Below, in pieces: positions 28,436-36,359 of a stretch of 64,000 nt of DNA (positions are counted from its first letter, which is position 1; each line of letters begins with the position of its first letter). Where the stretch lies: sequence record PP680570.1; one strand, written 5' to 3'. The notes below the pieces were generated by a model that was given only the letters and a program-made list of their open reading frames with translations, made no database searches and was not told where the DNA came from. This DNA is from Enterococcus phage VRE9_4. The position numbers were made by a program, and so were the translations under genes.

Positions 28436-29276
28436 TTTATTATATGGTAAACCAGTAGCAGATTCAATTTATAAAGATATTCATTATCCAAATAAAAAAG
28501 TTTTGCATATTTTCCAGGTTGGAGATCTAGAGGAATCTAATCGCTATATCAAAAATAAGATTAAAAAGGCTGAATCTTTAGGTATTCCAACTCAGCTACA
28601 TAAGGCTGAAACTAAAGAAAAGGTCGGTAAAATTTTAGAAGAACTTGTATCTTTGACAAAGATTCCTAATCGAGATAAAGTATCTGGTATATTTGTTCAA
28701 CTTCCTTTTGAATTTGATCGCTTTATGGAAGATACATTTTTGCGTGTAATTCCCCCAGAATTTGATGTTGACGGTTTAACACATTATAATTTAGGACGTC
28801 TACTAGATGGAAGCAGAACTGACCTAAATTTTGTCCCAGCAACAGCGCATGGGGTAGTAGATATGCTAAAATATTATAACATCCCAATAGAAGGGAAAAC
28901 AGTAGGTATCATTGGTCGCTCAAACTTGGTCGGGAAGCCACTTATTCCTCTTCTTTTGGAAGAAAATGCAACTGTCATTAGCATGAACTCTTATACTGAT
29001 AAAAAGAATTTAGCTTCTCTTAGTAAACAATGTGATATATTAGTGGTAGCAATTGGAAAAGCTAACTTTATAGATAGTAATTTTATTAAAGATAATGCTA
29101 CTGTTATAGATGTTGGCATTAATTTTGATGAGTCTGGAAAGTTAGTTGGAGATGTAGATTCTGATTCTTTGAAAAAAGAAGGTTGGAATGGTAATCTTTC
29201 TCCAGTACCAGGTGGGGTTGGACCTTTGACAATTGCTAATTTAATGAGAAATGTAAGTATAGGAGCGTGGAGATAA
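28425..29276 (+). CDS. folD: bifunctional methylene-THF dehydrogenase/methenyl-THF cyclohydrolase
   Basis: GRSNLVGKPLIPLL, PGGVGPLTIANL; GTG start 28425 behind AGGAGG (track ORF extends further 5'). Confidence 0.8.
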   Translation: MSINLLYGKPVADSIYKDIHYPNKKVLHIFQVGDLEESNRYIKNKIKKAESLGIPTQLHKAETKEKVGKILEELVSLTKIPNRDKVSGIFVQLPFEFDRFMEDTFLRVIPPEFDVDGLTHYNLGRLLDGSRTDLNFVPATAHGVVDMLKYYNIPIEGKTVGIIGRSNLVGKPLIPLLLEENATVISMNSYTDKKNLASLSKQCDILVVAIGKANFIDSNFIKDNATVIDVGINFDESGKLVGDVDSDSLKKEGWNGNLSPVPGGVGPLTIANLMRNVSIGAWR

Positions 29277-29524
29277 TGATGGATTATTTTAGTACGGAGC
29301 AGGTTAAAGATATTTTATCATTAAAAGATTTACAGGGTTATACTATTGATGCTATTTTCCGAGATGATACTCCAGACCAGGGATATAATAGTTTAATCAA
29401 AGTATTTTTGGGATTAGAAAATGTTTTTATTTGTCAAAGAAAAGATTATCTTACTAAGGAAGATTTATATTCTGATAATGCTATGGTAGAATCTATTGCC
29501 AAAAAAATTAAAGAATGCCTGTAA
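29267..29524 (+). CDS. hypothetical protein (85 aa)
   Basis: ORF. Confidence 0.5.
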   Translation: MEIMMDYFSTEQVKDILSLKDLQGYTIDAIFRDDTPDQGYNSLIKVFLGLENVFICQRKDYLTKEDLYSDNAMVESIAKKIKECL

Positions 29525-29539
29525 AAAGGTATTCTTTAA

Positions 29540-29592
29540 TTGAAATTTTTAATTTAAAATGATATAATTAATTATAAAGTTAAATAAGGAGG
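29540..29592 (+). promoter_or_regulatory. conserved promoter/leader cassette copy 1: TTGAAA-N14-TGATATAATTAATTATAAAGTTAAATAAGGAGG
   Basis: identical 33-nt block (ext -10 + leader + SD) repeated at 30062, 36277, 38460, 42594. Confidence 0.75.
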
Positions 29593-29597
29593 TAAAA

Positions 29598-30050
29598 ATG
29601 ATAGAGTTAGCCTCTCATATTGTAGATGTGAGTTTAGAACATAAAAAATATATTTATCACTTACAGTTACAAAAAATCACGTATTATACTGTATTACAAG
29701 GACTAAAATTAAATTTAATAGATAAAGATACCTTTGAAGAATTATATAAATTTGAGCTTGATAGATTTACACCATCAAGGTATGGTCCTCGGTCTGAAGC
29801 TATATTTCTTCGATATGGTGTTTTTGGAGCGGAAAGGATTTTTACTAATTCTTTTAGCAATTTTTGTCTAAGGGATATGGATTTTTCCCATTTAAATCCT
29901 ATTATTCTTCCTCTTTTGGAAGAACAGACAATGGATTTATGTAGAAAAAGTATGAAAAATCCTATTTTTGAAGAACGATTTAAAGATAATAAAGAACTTA
30001 GTATTGAAGATATATTTGAACTTAGCAAAAAATATTCAGATTTGAAATAA
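29598..30050 (+). CDS. hypothetical protein (150 aa)
   Basis: ORF behind cassette. Confidence 0.55.
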   Translation: MIELASHIVDVSLEHKKYIYHLQLQKITYYTVLQGLKLNLIDKDTFEELYKFELDRFTPSRYGPRSEAIFLRYGVFGAERIFTNSFSNFCLRDMDFSHLNPIILPLLEEQTMDLCRKSMKNPIFEERFKDNKELSIEDIFELSKKYSDLK

Positions 30051-30094
30051 AAAATATAAAATGATATAATTAATTATAAAGTTAAATAAGGAGG
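30042..30094 (+). promoter_or_regulatory. conserved promoter/leader cassette copy 2
   Basis: identical cassette. Confidence 0.75.
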
Positions 30095-30103
30095 AAATTT
30101 TAA

Positions 30104-30634
30104 ATGAAAAAAAGTTTAGTAGGGTTCTCAATTGTTGCAATGTTTGGTTTAGGTTTAGTAGGATGTACTAAAGGAGAAGTTCCTGATGAACAATGGAAAA
30201 GCGAAAATTCTACTGAACAGACAGTAGAAAGTAGCACAGTAGAATCGTCTGAGCAAAAAGAACCTTATAAAAAAGATGAGGTTCAATTATCTACACTAGA
30301 ACAACAAGTTTTAGATGCTTTTCAACAAAGTTTTCAATCAACAGGACCGGTTCGTTTTGATTCTGTAAACAAATATTATATTATTACACCAACAGACCCT
30401 CAATTTACGCAAGAAATGGCAGCTATCATGGATGGCACATTAAGTTTAGATGTATGGACTAATTTAGTTCAAAATGTTCAACAAACATCCTTAGGTTTAC
30501 AAGATACTCTTGGTAGTGGATATACAATTATTATTGAAAATCCATTTGAAACAGGTCAGATGTTTTTGGCGGTAAGTGATGGAAAAGTTGTTTTTGATGG
30601 TTTAACAGAATATATGACTGGTCAAAACACATAA
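30104..30634 (+). CDS. lipoprotein (signal peptide + lipobox LVGC)
   Basis: MKKSLVGFSIVAMFGLGLVGCTKGE. Confidence 0.65.
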   Translation: MKKSLVGFSIVAMFGLGLVGCTKGEVPDEQWKSENSTEQTVESSTVESSEQKEPYKKDEVQLSTLEQQVLDAFQQSFQSTGPVRFDSVNKYYIITPTDPQFTQEMAAIMDGTLSLDVWTNLVQNVQQTSLGLQDTLGSGYTIIIENPFETGQMFLAVSDGKVVFDGLTEYMTGQNT

Positions 30635-30635
30635 C

Positions 30636-30664
30636 TTGAAAAAATATGAATAACATGTTATAAT
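30636..30664 (+). promoter_or_regulatory. promoter TTGAAA-N14-TGTTATAAT driving tRNA array
   Basis: rigid architecture; no ORF follows. Confidence 0.55.
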
Positions 30665-30684
30665 ATTTATATAAGATAAAGTTA

Positions 30685-30768
30685 CTTGAGTGGTCTTAAA
30701 AAGGAAAGACGCATGGTTTAATCTTCCATGAAACGTTGGTTCGAGTCCAACCTCAAGAATACCAGGAC
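30685..30768 (+). ncRNA. tRNA-like element with canonical T-arm (GTTGG-TTCGAGT-CCAAC) but aberrant anticodon region (5-bp stem CATGG/CCATG with 9-nt loop TTTAATCTT)
   Basis: hand-folded; acceptor CTTGAGT/CCTCAAG with one mismatch. Confidence 0.35.
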
Positions 30769-31020
30769 TGGCTATCCTTTCACCTTATAGCTAGAGGTTG
30801 ATAAAGATAAAGTGGAATTAACCACAGTTGGCTGCTCCCTAGGTTAAAGAAGATACCTATTGGGTCGGGGCATAAGCTAAGTTAACTAATAAACAACTTC
30901 TTTTGGTTAGCTTTTCTCACGAGTGATTGTTGAGGTTCAATTCCTTCTTAACCTATGGGCGGGGCAACACTCTACCGGAGATAAAAATATATAATTTAGT
31001 TTAATATTCTCGAGAACGGT

Positions 31021-31115
31021 TGAGATATGGCGGAAAGGTAGACGCAAGGAGAGTCTCCCCATTGGAGACCCCTGTGCATGACGATGCAGTGTAGGTTCGA
31101 ATCCTACTATCTCAG
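31021..31115 (+). ncRNA. tRNA-like element (perfect acceptor TGAGATA/TATCTCA, T-arm GTAGG-TTCGAAT-CCTAC, long variable hairpin TGCAT-GACG-ATGCA, CAT in anticodon-like loop) with non-canonical D/anticodon spacing
   Basis: hand-folded; 95 nt. Confidence 0.4.
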
Positions 31116-31176
31116 TTAAACAGGGACTTGAGCTAATTCATTTTAGCCAGTCCTTATCCCGAAAGGGAAAAATAAT

Positions 31177-31205
31177 TTGACATTTTAAGCATAATATGTT
31201 ATAAT
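31177..31205 (+). promoter_or_regulatory. promoter TTGACA-N14-TGTTATAAT
   Basis: upstream of tRNA-Glu. Confidence 0.55.
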
Positions 31206-31236
31206 TATTATATAATAAAGATAAGAAATATAAAAC

Positions 31237-31308
31237 GGCTTGTTGGTCAAGAAGTTAAGACGCTCGACTTTCACTCGGGAATCACAGGTGCAAATCCTGT
31301 ACAAGTCA
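31237..31308 (+). tRNA. tRNA-Glu (TTC)
   Basis: acceptor GGCTTGT/ACAAGTC, anticodon loop CTTTCAC, T-arm ACAGG-TGCAAAT-CCTGT. Confidence 0.7.
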
Positions 31309-31318
31309 TTAACATTAT

Positions 31319-31347
31319 TTGAAAAAAATCTTTCAAAATGTTATAAT
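31319..31347 (+). promoter_or_regulatory. promoter TTGAAA-N14-TGTTATAAT
   Basis: drives 31397 gene. Confidence 0.55.
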
Positions 31348-31396
31348 TAATATGTAAAAAGAAATAAAAAACTTATTTTAAAAGGAGAGATTCATC

Positions 31397-31789
31397 ATGG
31401 AAAAACAAACTAAAGCAGATATGTATCGTAACGCAGCAAAATTGTTGGAAGTAAATGCTCCTGAATATGCAGAAATGTTATTGGAAGATGCTCAAAGAAT
31501 TGAAGCTCGTAACGCAAGTCGTCGGAATGTTGATACTAAAGTTCAAAAAGAAAATAAACACATCGCTGCTTTAGTAATTGAGTTTTTCCATAATGATGCT
31601 GAAAATGGAATCGCTTATGACAGTGGCGAAATTGCAAATGCTGTTGGAATCGAAGTTTCTCCTCAGAAAATGTCAGCAATTATGCGTTTAGTTGGGGATG
31701 AAGTAGATAAGGTAAATCAAGCTACTAACAATAAAGATCATATTGGATATAAAAAGAAAGGAACTGAATTAGTTTCTGATGAAAATTAG
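31397..31789 (+). CDS. small winged-helix protein, paralogue family member (wH-2)
   Basis: C-terminal SPQKMSAIMRLVGDE...HIGYKKKG matches family wing. Confidence 0.55.
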   Translation: MEKQTKADMYRNAAKLLEVNAPEYAEMLLEDAQRIEARNASRRNVDTKVQKENKHIAALVIEFFHNDAENGIAYDSGEIANAVGIEVSPQKMSAIMRLVGDEVDKVNQATNNKDHIGYKKKGTELVSDEN

Positions 31790-31836
31790 GACAAAATGTC
31801 CTAATTAAATATCCCCATATTTTATTGGGGATACAC

Positions 31837-31911
31837 CAGGGTATAGGAGAATTTGGTTAATCCGCTGCATTTGGGATGCAGAGATTGTTGGTTCAAATCC
31901 AGCTACCCTGA
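31837..31911 (+). tRNA. tRNA-Pro (TGG)
   Basis: anticodon arm CTGCA-TTTGGGA-TGCAG; T-arm GTTGG-TTCAAAT-CCAGC. Confidence 0.7.
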
Positions 31912-31987
31912 TTGAAACAACGTGTTAGAACGTTGGGCGTGAAGGGATTTATCCTATGAAGGGATTTATCCTAACACGTTTAAACAT

Positions 31988-32058
31988 TCACCTATGATGA
32001 AATGGTATCATGACTGGCTGTTAACCAGTTCTTGTAGGTTCGAATCCTGCTGGGTGAG
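31988..32058 (+). tRNA. tRNA-Asn (GTT)
   Basis: ACTGG-CTGTTAA-CCAGT; D-arm ATGA-AATGGTA-TCAT. Confidence 0.75.
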
Positions 32059-32064
32059 TATTTT

Positions 32065-32147
32065 GCGAGAGTGGCGGAATTGGCAGACGCACTAGATTTA
32101 GGATCTAGCGTTTTCATAACGTGTGGGTTCAAGTCCCACCTCTTGTA
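32065..32147 (+). tRNA. tRNA-Leu (TAG), type II
   Basis: CTAGA-TTTAGGA-TCTAG; long variable arm; T-arm GTGGG-TTCAAGT-CCCAC. Confidence 0.75.
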
Positions 32148-32156
32148 TAATAAAAT

Positions 32157-32240
32157 GGAGAGTCCCTGTTGGCTAAAGGAAGAATGTTTTGAAAGCATTT
32201 GGCGGTAACACGTCCAAGGGTTCGATTCCCTTACTCTCCT
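32157..32240 (+). tRNA. tRNA-Ser (TGA), type II
   Basis: AATGT-TTTGAAA-GCATT; variable arm GGCGG...CGTCC; T-arm AAGGG-TTCGATT-CCCTT. Confidence 0.75.
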
Positions 32241-32350
32241 TAAAGAATCTTACAGCAAATATCATATGTTTAATAGGCTAATTCAAATATATTATATAAG
32301 ATTCTTGAAGTTATTTTTAGCCGATTAAGAGATAAAGGAGATAAATAACT

Positions 32351-33862
32351 ATGACATTTTTAGATAATTTGAAAGAGGAAGCAACAGTTGGACGCACTTT
32401 TAATGGTGCAACCACTTATACTACTTCATTAAATGCTAATGTTGACTTTTTTGCATTAGGTGGGTCTATGCGATACCAAAATATTGGAGATAAGATTTCA
32501 TTATTTGAAAAAGCATATAATGAAGACAGAGCTATTGCATTGAGAAACCTAGTTTATATGCGAGATATTCGTAATGGTGGACTAGGTGAAAGAGATATGT
32601 TCCACGCAGGAATTTGGTTCTTAGCTAAAAAGAAAGATGAAAAAGCACTTCATGTTATCATGGATAATGTAGCTGATTTTAGTCGCTGGGACGATCTATT
32701 TTTCATTATGAAACAAGACGAAAAATTGTTTGATTATGGACTAATTATCATTAAAACTCAGCTTTTGAAAGATATGGATAATATGCGAAAAGGCAAAGAA
32801 ATTTCTTTATTAGGAAAATGGTTGCCTAATATCAATGCTAAAAACGAAGAACGAAGAGCTTTTGGTCTTAGAGTTGCTAATGCTTTAGGATACACTAAGC
32901 CTAGTGATTATAAGGTTTACCGAAAAATGTTGGTTAACCTAAGAGAAAAATTAGATTTAGTAGAAGTAAAATTAGCTGCTAAAGATTATGACTCAATTGA
33001 TTTTTCTAAACTACCTTCTCGAGCAGGATTCAAGTATCGCTCAGCATTTTGGCGCCATATTTCAGATCGCTATTCTGAATTTTTGGAAGCTGTGAATAAT
33101 GGCGAAGCTACAATGAACGGAAGTTTGGTAATGCCAGATGAAATTATTAAAGCTTATGGATATCGAGGGTATTTTTCTTATGGATATTCTTCTTATGAAG
33201 AAAAACCTGAATTAGAAGCTGCATGGAAATCTCTAAAAGATACTGTTAAGGGTTCTGATGAGAATGTAATTGTAGTCGCAGATACTTCTGCTTCTATGTG
33301 GGGTAAACCATGGGAAGTGGCTGAAGGTTTAGCAATTTATACTGCTGAACGCTTGGAAGGACCGTTCAAGAATAATTTTATCACTTTCTCTAGACGCCCA
33401 CAATTGGTAACTCTACCAAGTAATTGTTCCTTACGAGATAAAATGAACGAATATTCTCGTCATTCTATTATCGAAAACACAGATATTGAAGCAGTATTTA
33501 ATCTTATTTTAGATACTGCTATCAAGAATAACACTCCAAAAGAGGAAGTTCCATCTAAAATTATCATTGTTTCAGATATGGAATTTGATCTTCAACGAGG
33601 AAATGACGTTACACATTTCAAACTTGCAAAATCTCGTTTTGAGAACGCTGGTTATGAAATGCCAGATGTAGTCTTTTGGAATGTAAATGCTAGATTAGGA
33701 AACTTACCTGTTCGTTATAATGAACAAGGAGTAGCATTAGTATCTGGATTCAGCACAAATATTCTAACTTCCATCTTAAATGGGAAACTAGAAACTCCAG
33801 AAGCTATGATGTTAGAAACGTTATCTAATCCAGCATTTGACTTCATTGATGAAGCCATCTAA
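32351..33862 (+). CDS. Ro60/TROVE-like or DUF2828-like protein with C-terminal von Willebrand A (MIDAS) domain
   Basis: 503 aa; ~300-aa helical N-terminal region followed by VIVVADTSASMWG (DxSxS MIDAS) and downstream Thr/Asp ligands (IIIVSDMEFD). Confidence 0.55.
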   Translation: MTFLDNLKEEATVGRTFNGATTYTTSLNANVDFFALGGSMRYQNIGDKISLFEKAYNEDRAIALRNLVYMRDIRNGGLGERDMFHAGIWFLAKKKDEKALHVIMDNVADFSRWDDLFFIMKQDEKLFDYGLIIIKTQLLKDMDNMRKGKEISLLGKWLPNINAKNEERRAFGLRVANALGYTKPSDYKVYRKMLVNLREKLDLVEVKLAAKDYDSIDFSKLPSRAGFKYRSAFWRHISDRYSEFLEAVNNGEATMNGSLVMPDEIIKAYGYRGYFSYGYSSYEEKPELEAAWKSLKDTVKGSDENVIVVADTSASMWGKPWEVAEGLAIYTAERLEGPFKNNFITFSRRPQLVTLPSNCSLRDKMNEYSRHSIIENTDIEAVFNLILDTAIKNNTPKEEVPSKIIIVSDMEFDLQRGNDVTHFKLAKSRFENAGYEMPDVVFWNVNARLGNLPVRYNEQGVALVSGFSTNILTSILNGKLETPEAMMLETLSNPAFDFIDEAI

Positions 33863-33900
33863 AATGCCCCCCTTTTCTACCTCTTAATTGAGGTAGTTAC

Positions 33901-33974
33901 GCTTCTTTAGCTCAGTAGGTAGTAGCGCCAGTCTGAAGAACTGGAGGTCCCTGGTTCGATTCCAGGAGGAAGCA
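33901..33974 (+). tRNA. tRNA-Phe (GAA)
   Basis: GCTCAGTAGGTAG D-arm; CCAGT-CTGAAGA-ACTGG; T-arm CCTGG-TTCGATT-CCAGG. Confidence 0.8.
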
Positions 33975-34031
33975 TTAATTCAGCCCAGGAAAGTGCCAAT
34001 ACTATATTCGCTCTCTTGGGCTTTTTCATAT

Positions 34032-34060
34032 TTGAAAAAATATATTAATCATGTTATAAT
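34032..34060 (+). promoter_or_regulatory. promoter TTGAAA-N14-TGTTATAAT driving tRNA-Cys
   Basis: rigid architecture + leader-like TAATCATAAAGTTAATTAAG. Confidence 0.55.
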
Positions 34061-34092
34061 TAATCATAAAGTTAATTAAGAACTTTAAAAAT

Positions 34093-34166
34093 GTCCCTGT
34101 CGCCAAGAGGCTTAAGGCTATGGATTGCAAACCCATAATACGTGAGTTCGAATCTCACCAGGGACT
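34093..34166 (+). tRNA. tRNA-Cys (GCA)
   Basis: acceptor GTCCCTG/CAGGGAC; loop TTGCAAA; T-arm GTGAG-TTCGAAT-CTCAC. Confidence 0.75.
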
Positions 34167-34193
34167 TTTAAATAAAAAGGAGTCGATAATGGA

Positions 34194-34490
34194 ATGGATA
34201 AGGAAAAAATTAAAGAATCTTGGAGCTATTGTTTAACCCGAAGCACTAACATCAGAAAATTAGCTTCTAAAAATGAAGCTATTAGGAAAGATAGTTTAGA
34301 AAAAAACATTGCTACTAAAACTGCTTTAGAAATTTTAAAAGAGCAATTAAATGTTTTAATTGAGATGCTGGAGAAAATTGATTTAGAAGAAGAACTTCTC
34401 TTAACTTATCAAGAGAAAGCTGCGGTAGAGTATCTTATTGAAGTATATGAAAATCTTATTATTGTGAAAGAGGGGGAGCAACTTGACTAA
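34194..34490 (+). CDS. hypothetical protein (98 aa)
   Basis: ORF. Confidence 0.45.
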   Translation: MDKEKIKESWSYCLTRSTNIRKLASKNEAIRKDSLEKNIATKTALEILKEQLNVLIEMLEKIDLEEELLLTYQEKAAVEYLIEVYENLIIVKEGEQLD

Positions 34491-35124
34491 ATTTATTACA
34501 AGTGATTGGCATTTCTTTCATAATAATGCTTGTGGTCCAGAAGGATTCATTTCTACTAGAAAAAAGTTTTCCTCTGTAGAAGAGATGAACGATAGTATTA
34601 TTAAAACTATTAATCAAAAGGTTGGTAGAGATGATACCATTATTCATTTAGGAGATATTGGCTTTGGTAAACCTAAAAAATTGTTTGAAACATTAGAAAA
34701 AATCAATGGACAAATTATTTTAATTAAAGGAAATCATGATAGTTCAAAATTATTTAAGTATATTGTAAATAATAATTATCATTATCCATATAGTAACCCT
34801 AAAAAACGTAAACAATCTCCTGACCGAGTTAAATTTTTAGTTGAAGAAGTTGGTTTAAGGGAAAAAATGAATGGTAAGGTTTACTATTTAACTCACTACC
34901 CATTTCAGTTAGGAGAACAACGTAAAAATATGCGTTCAATTTGTGGACATATTCATGAGCAAATTGCTCCTGAGGCTAATATGATTAACGTAGGTATTGA
35001 TTCTCCTGAAATTACTTCAAAGATTTCTAATTTTGGAGAACCTCTTCTTCTGGAAGATGCAATAGAATTAGTTGATAAAAAATGGGAAAAATGGTATAAT
35101 ACTATAAGATTTTTGGGAAGTTAA
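34483..35124 (+). CDS. calcineurin-like metallophosphoesterase
   Basis: SDWHFFH, LGDIGFG, KGNHD, GHIHE motifs; TTG start behind GAGGGGGAG. Confidence 0.7.
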   Translation: MTKFITSDWHFFHNNACGPEGFISTRKKFSSVEEMNDSIIKTINQKVGRDDTIIHLGDIGFGKPKKLFETLEKINGQIILIKGNHDSSKLFKYIVNNNYHYPYSNPKKRKQSPDRVKFLVEEVGLREKMNGKVYYLTHYPFQLGEQRKNMRSICGHIHEQIAPEANMINVGIDSPEITSKISNFGEPLLLEDAIELVDKKWEKWYNTIRFLGS

Positions 35125-35137
35125 TCTTCCCTTTTAT

Positions 35138-35227
35138 GGAGCTATGACTGAGAGGTTGAAGGTGACGCACTGCTAATGCGTTAGTCGACATAAAGTTGGC
35201 TCATGGGTTCGAATCCCATTAGCTCCT
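35138..35227 (+). tRNA. tRNA-Ser (GCT), type II
   Basis: ACGCA-CTGCTAA-TGCGT; T-arm ATGGG-TTCGAAT-CCCAT; acceptor GGAGCTA/TAGCTCC. Confidence 0.7.
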
Positions 35228-35253
35228 TTTATTAAAAATAGGGGGGTTTTTAT

Positions 35254-35469
35254 ATGTTCCGTACTAGTTTAGCATTTTTCTTATCTGCTCTAGCAATGAT
35301 CGTAATTATGATTCTATTTGCTCCATTTCTGTTATATTTAATTTGGAATTTTGTAGTAGTAATAGCGTTTCCAGGATTGTTTACTCTAACCTTTTTCCAA
35401 TGTTTTAGTATAACATTATTGCTTGCTTTTTTGAGAGCAGTTTTCACTAATAAAAAATCTAACGACTAA
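35254..35469 (+). CDS. small membrane protein (2 TM, 71 aa)
   Basis: GGGGGG SD; hydrophobic. Confidence 0.45.
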   Translation: MFRTSLAFFLSALAMIVIMILFAPFLLYLIWNFVVVIAFPGLFTLTFFQCFSITLLLAFLRAVFTNKKSND

Positions 35470-35495
35470 AAAATTAAAGGAGAATGATATAAATA

Positions 35496-35636
35496 TGGCG
35501 AAAAAACAAAACACTACTAAAGAACCAGTTGAATTGACACAAAAGATTGATTTTACTGAATGGTTGAAAAAACAGGAAGCAGCCTTTAGAAGTAAAGTTT
35601 ATAAAGAACATAAGAAATCTAAGCCCGTTAAATAGG
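35496..35636 (+). CDS. small protein (46 aa, not in ORF track)
   Basis: AAAGGAGAATG SD; followed directly by terminator. Confidence 0.35.
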
Positions 35637-35648
35637 GCTTTTTTTCTT
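35621..35648 (+). terminator. terminator AGCCC-GTTAAAT-GGGCT + T8
   Basis: hairpin + T-run. Confidence 0.65.
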
Positions 35649-35675
35649 GACTTTATTTGAAGCATATGTTATAAT
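35647..35675 (+). promoter_or_regulatory. promoter TTGACT-N14-TGTTATAAT
   Basis: rigid architecture. Confidence 0.55.
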
Positions 35676-35708
35676 ATAAGTATAATAGAAATAAGGAGGA
35701 ATATAACA

Positions 35709-36020
35709 TTGCCAGATAAAACTAATACAGTAGATGTTGAATATTTAACGTATTGGAAACTAACTCCAACAGAAAAAGATAGGCTAAAAACAGATTATGG
35801 TATTTCTAGAAATAAAGCTAAATATGATATTGATAAACATATTGTTGTACCGCAACCAGTAAATGCAGAAGATTTAAATTTCTTTCCTGGTGAATTTGTA
35901 GCTTCTTTTGTTATCTACGAAGGACAAAATTATCCAGTATTTTTAAAAATTAATGATCCTAATGAATACGTTGATTTACCAATTGAATCAACACCAAAAG
36001 GAGATGAGTTAATTGATTAA
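35709..36020 (+). CDS. hypothetical protein (103 aa)
   Basis: TTG start behind AAGGAGGA. Confidence 0.5.
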   Translation: MPDKTNTVDVEYLTYWKLTPTEKDRLKTDYGISRNKAKYDIDKHIVVPQPVNAEDLNFFPGEFVASFVIYEGQNYPVFLKINDPNEYVDLPIESTPKGDELID

Positions 36021-36240
36021 TGACAAATACGCCTTTCAACAAGAAATGAACGCCCGCACAAAATTAGTATTTAAAAATCCTATGGATGGAATTAATTTCT
36101 ATGATATAGCTTTTGTTGAAGCTAAAAAACTTGATAAAAAGCTTAAATCTGAAGGAAATCCATTAAAATCTTGGGATGATGAACGATTACTGTTGTTTTT
36201 TGAAGAAATCGCTAATAGATATAATGTAAACATGGGGTAG
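36013..36240 (+). CDS. hypothetical protein (75 aa)
   Basis: overlapping start. Confidence 0.5.
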   Translation: MINDKYAFQQEMNARTKLVFKNPMDGINFYDIAFVEAKKLDKKLKSEGNPLKSWDDERLLLFFEEIANRYNVNMG

Positions 36241-36256
36241 CGTATGCTGCCCTTTT

Positions 36257-36308
36257 TTGATTTTTTGTATATAAAGTGATATAATTAATTATAAAGTTAA
36301 ATAAGAAA
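36257..36308 (+). promoter_or_regulatory. conserved promoter/leader cassette copy 3 (SD part degenerate; gene starts 50 nt further)
   Basis: TTGATT-N14-TGATATAATTAATTATAAAGTTAAATAAG. Confidence 0.7.
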
Positions 36309-36359
36309 TCTTTCCTTTTTCATAGAGAGTATAAAGATATGTAGAAAAGGAGGGGTTGT

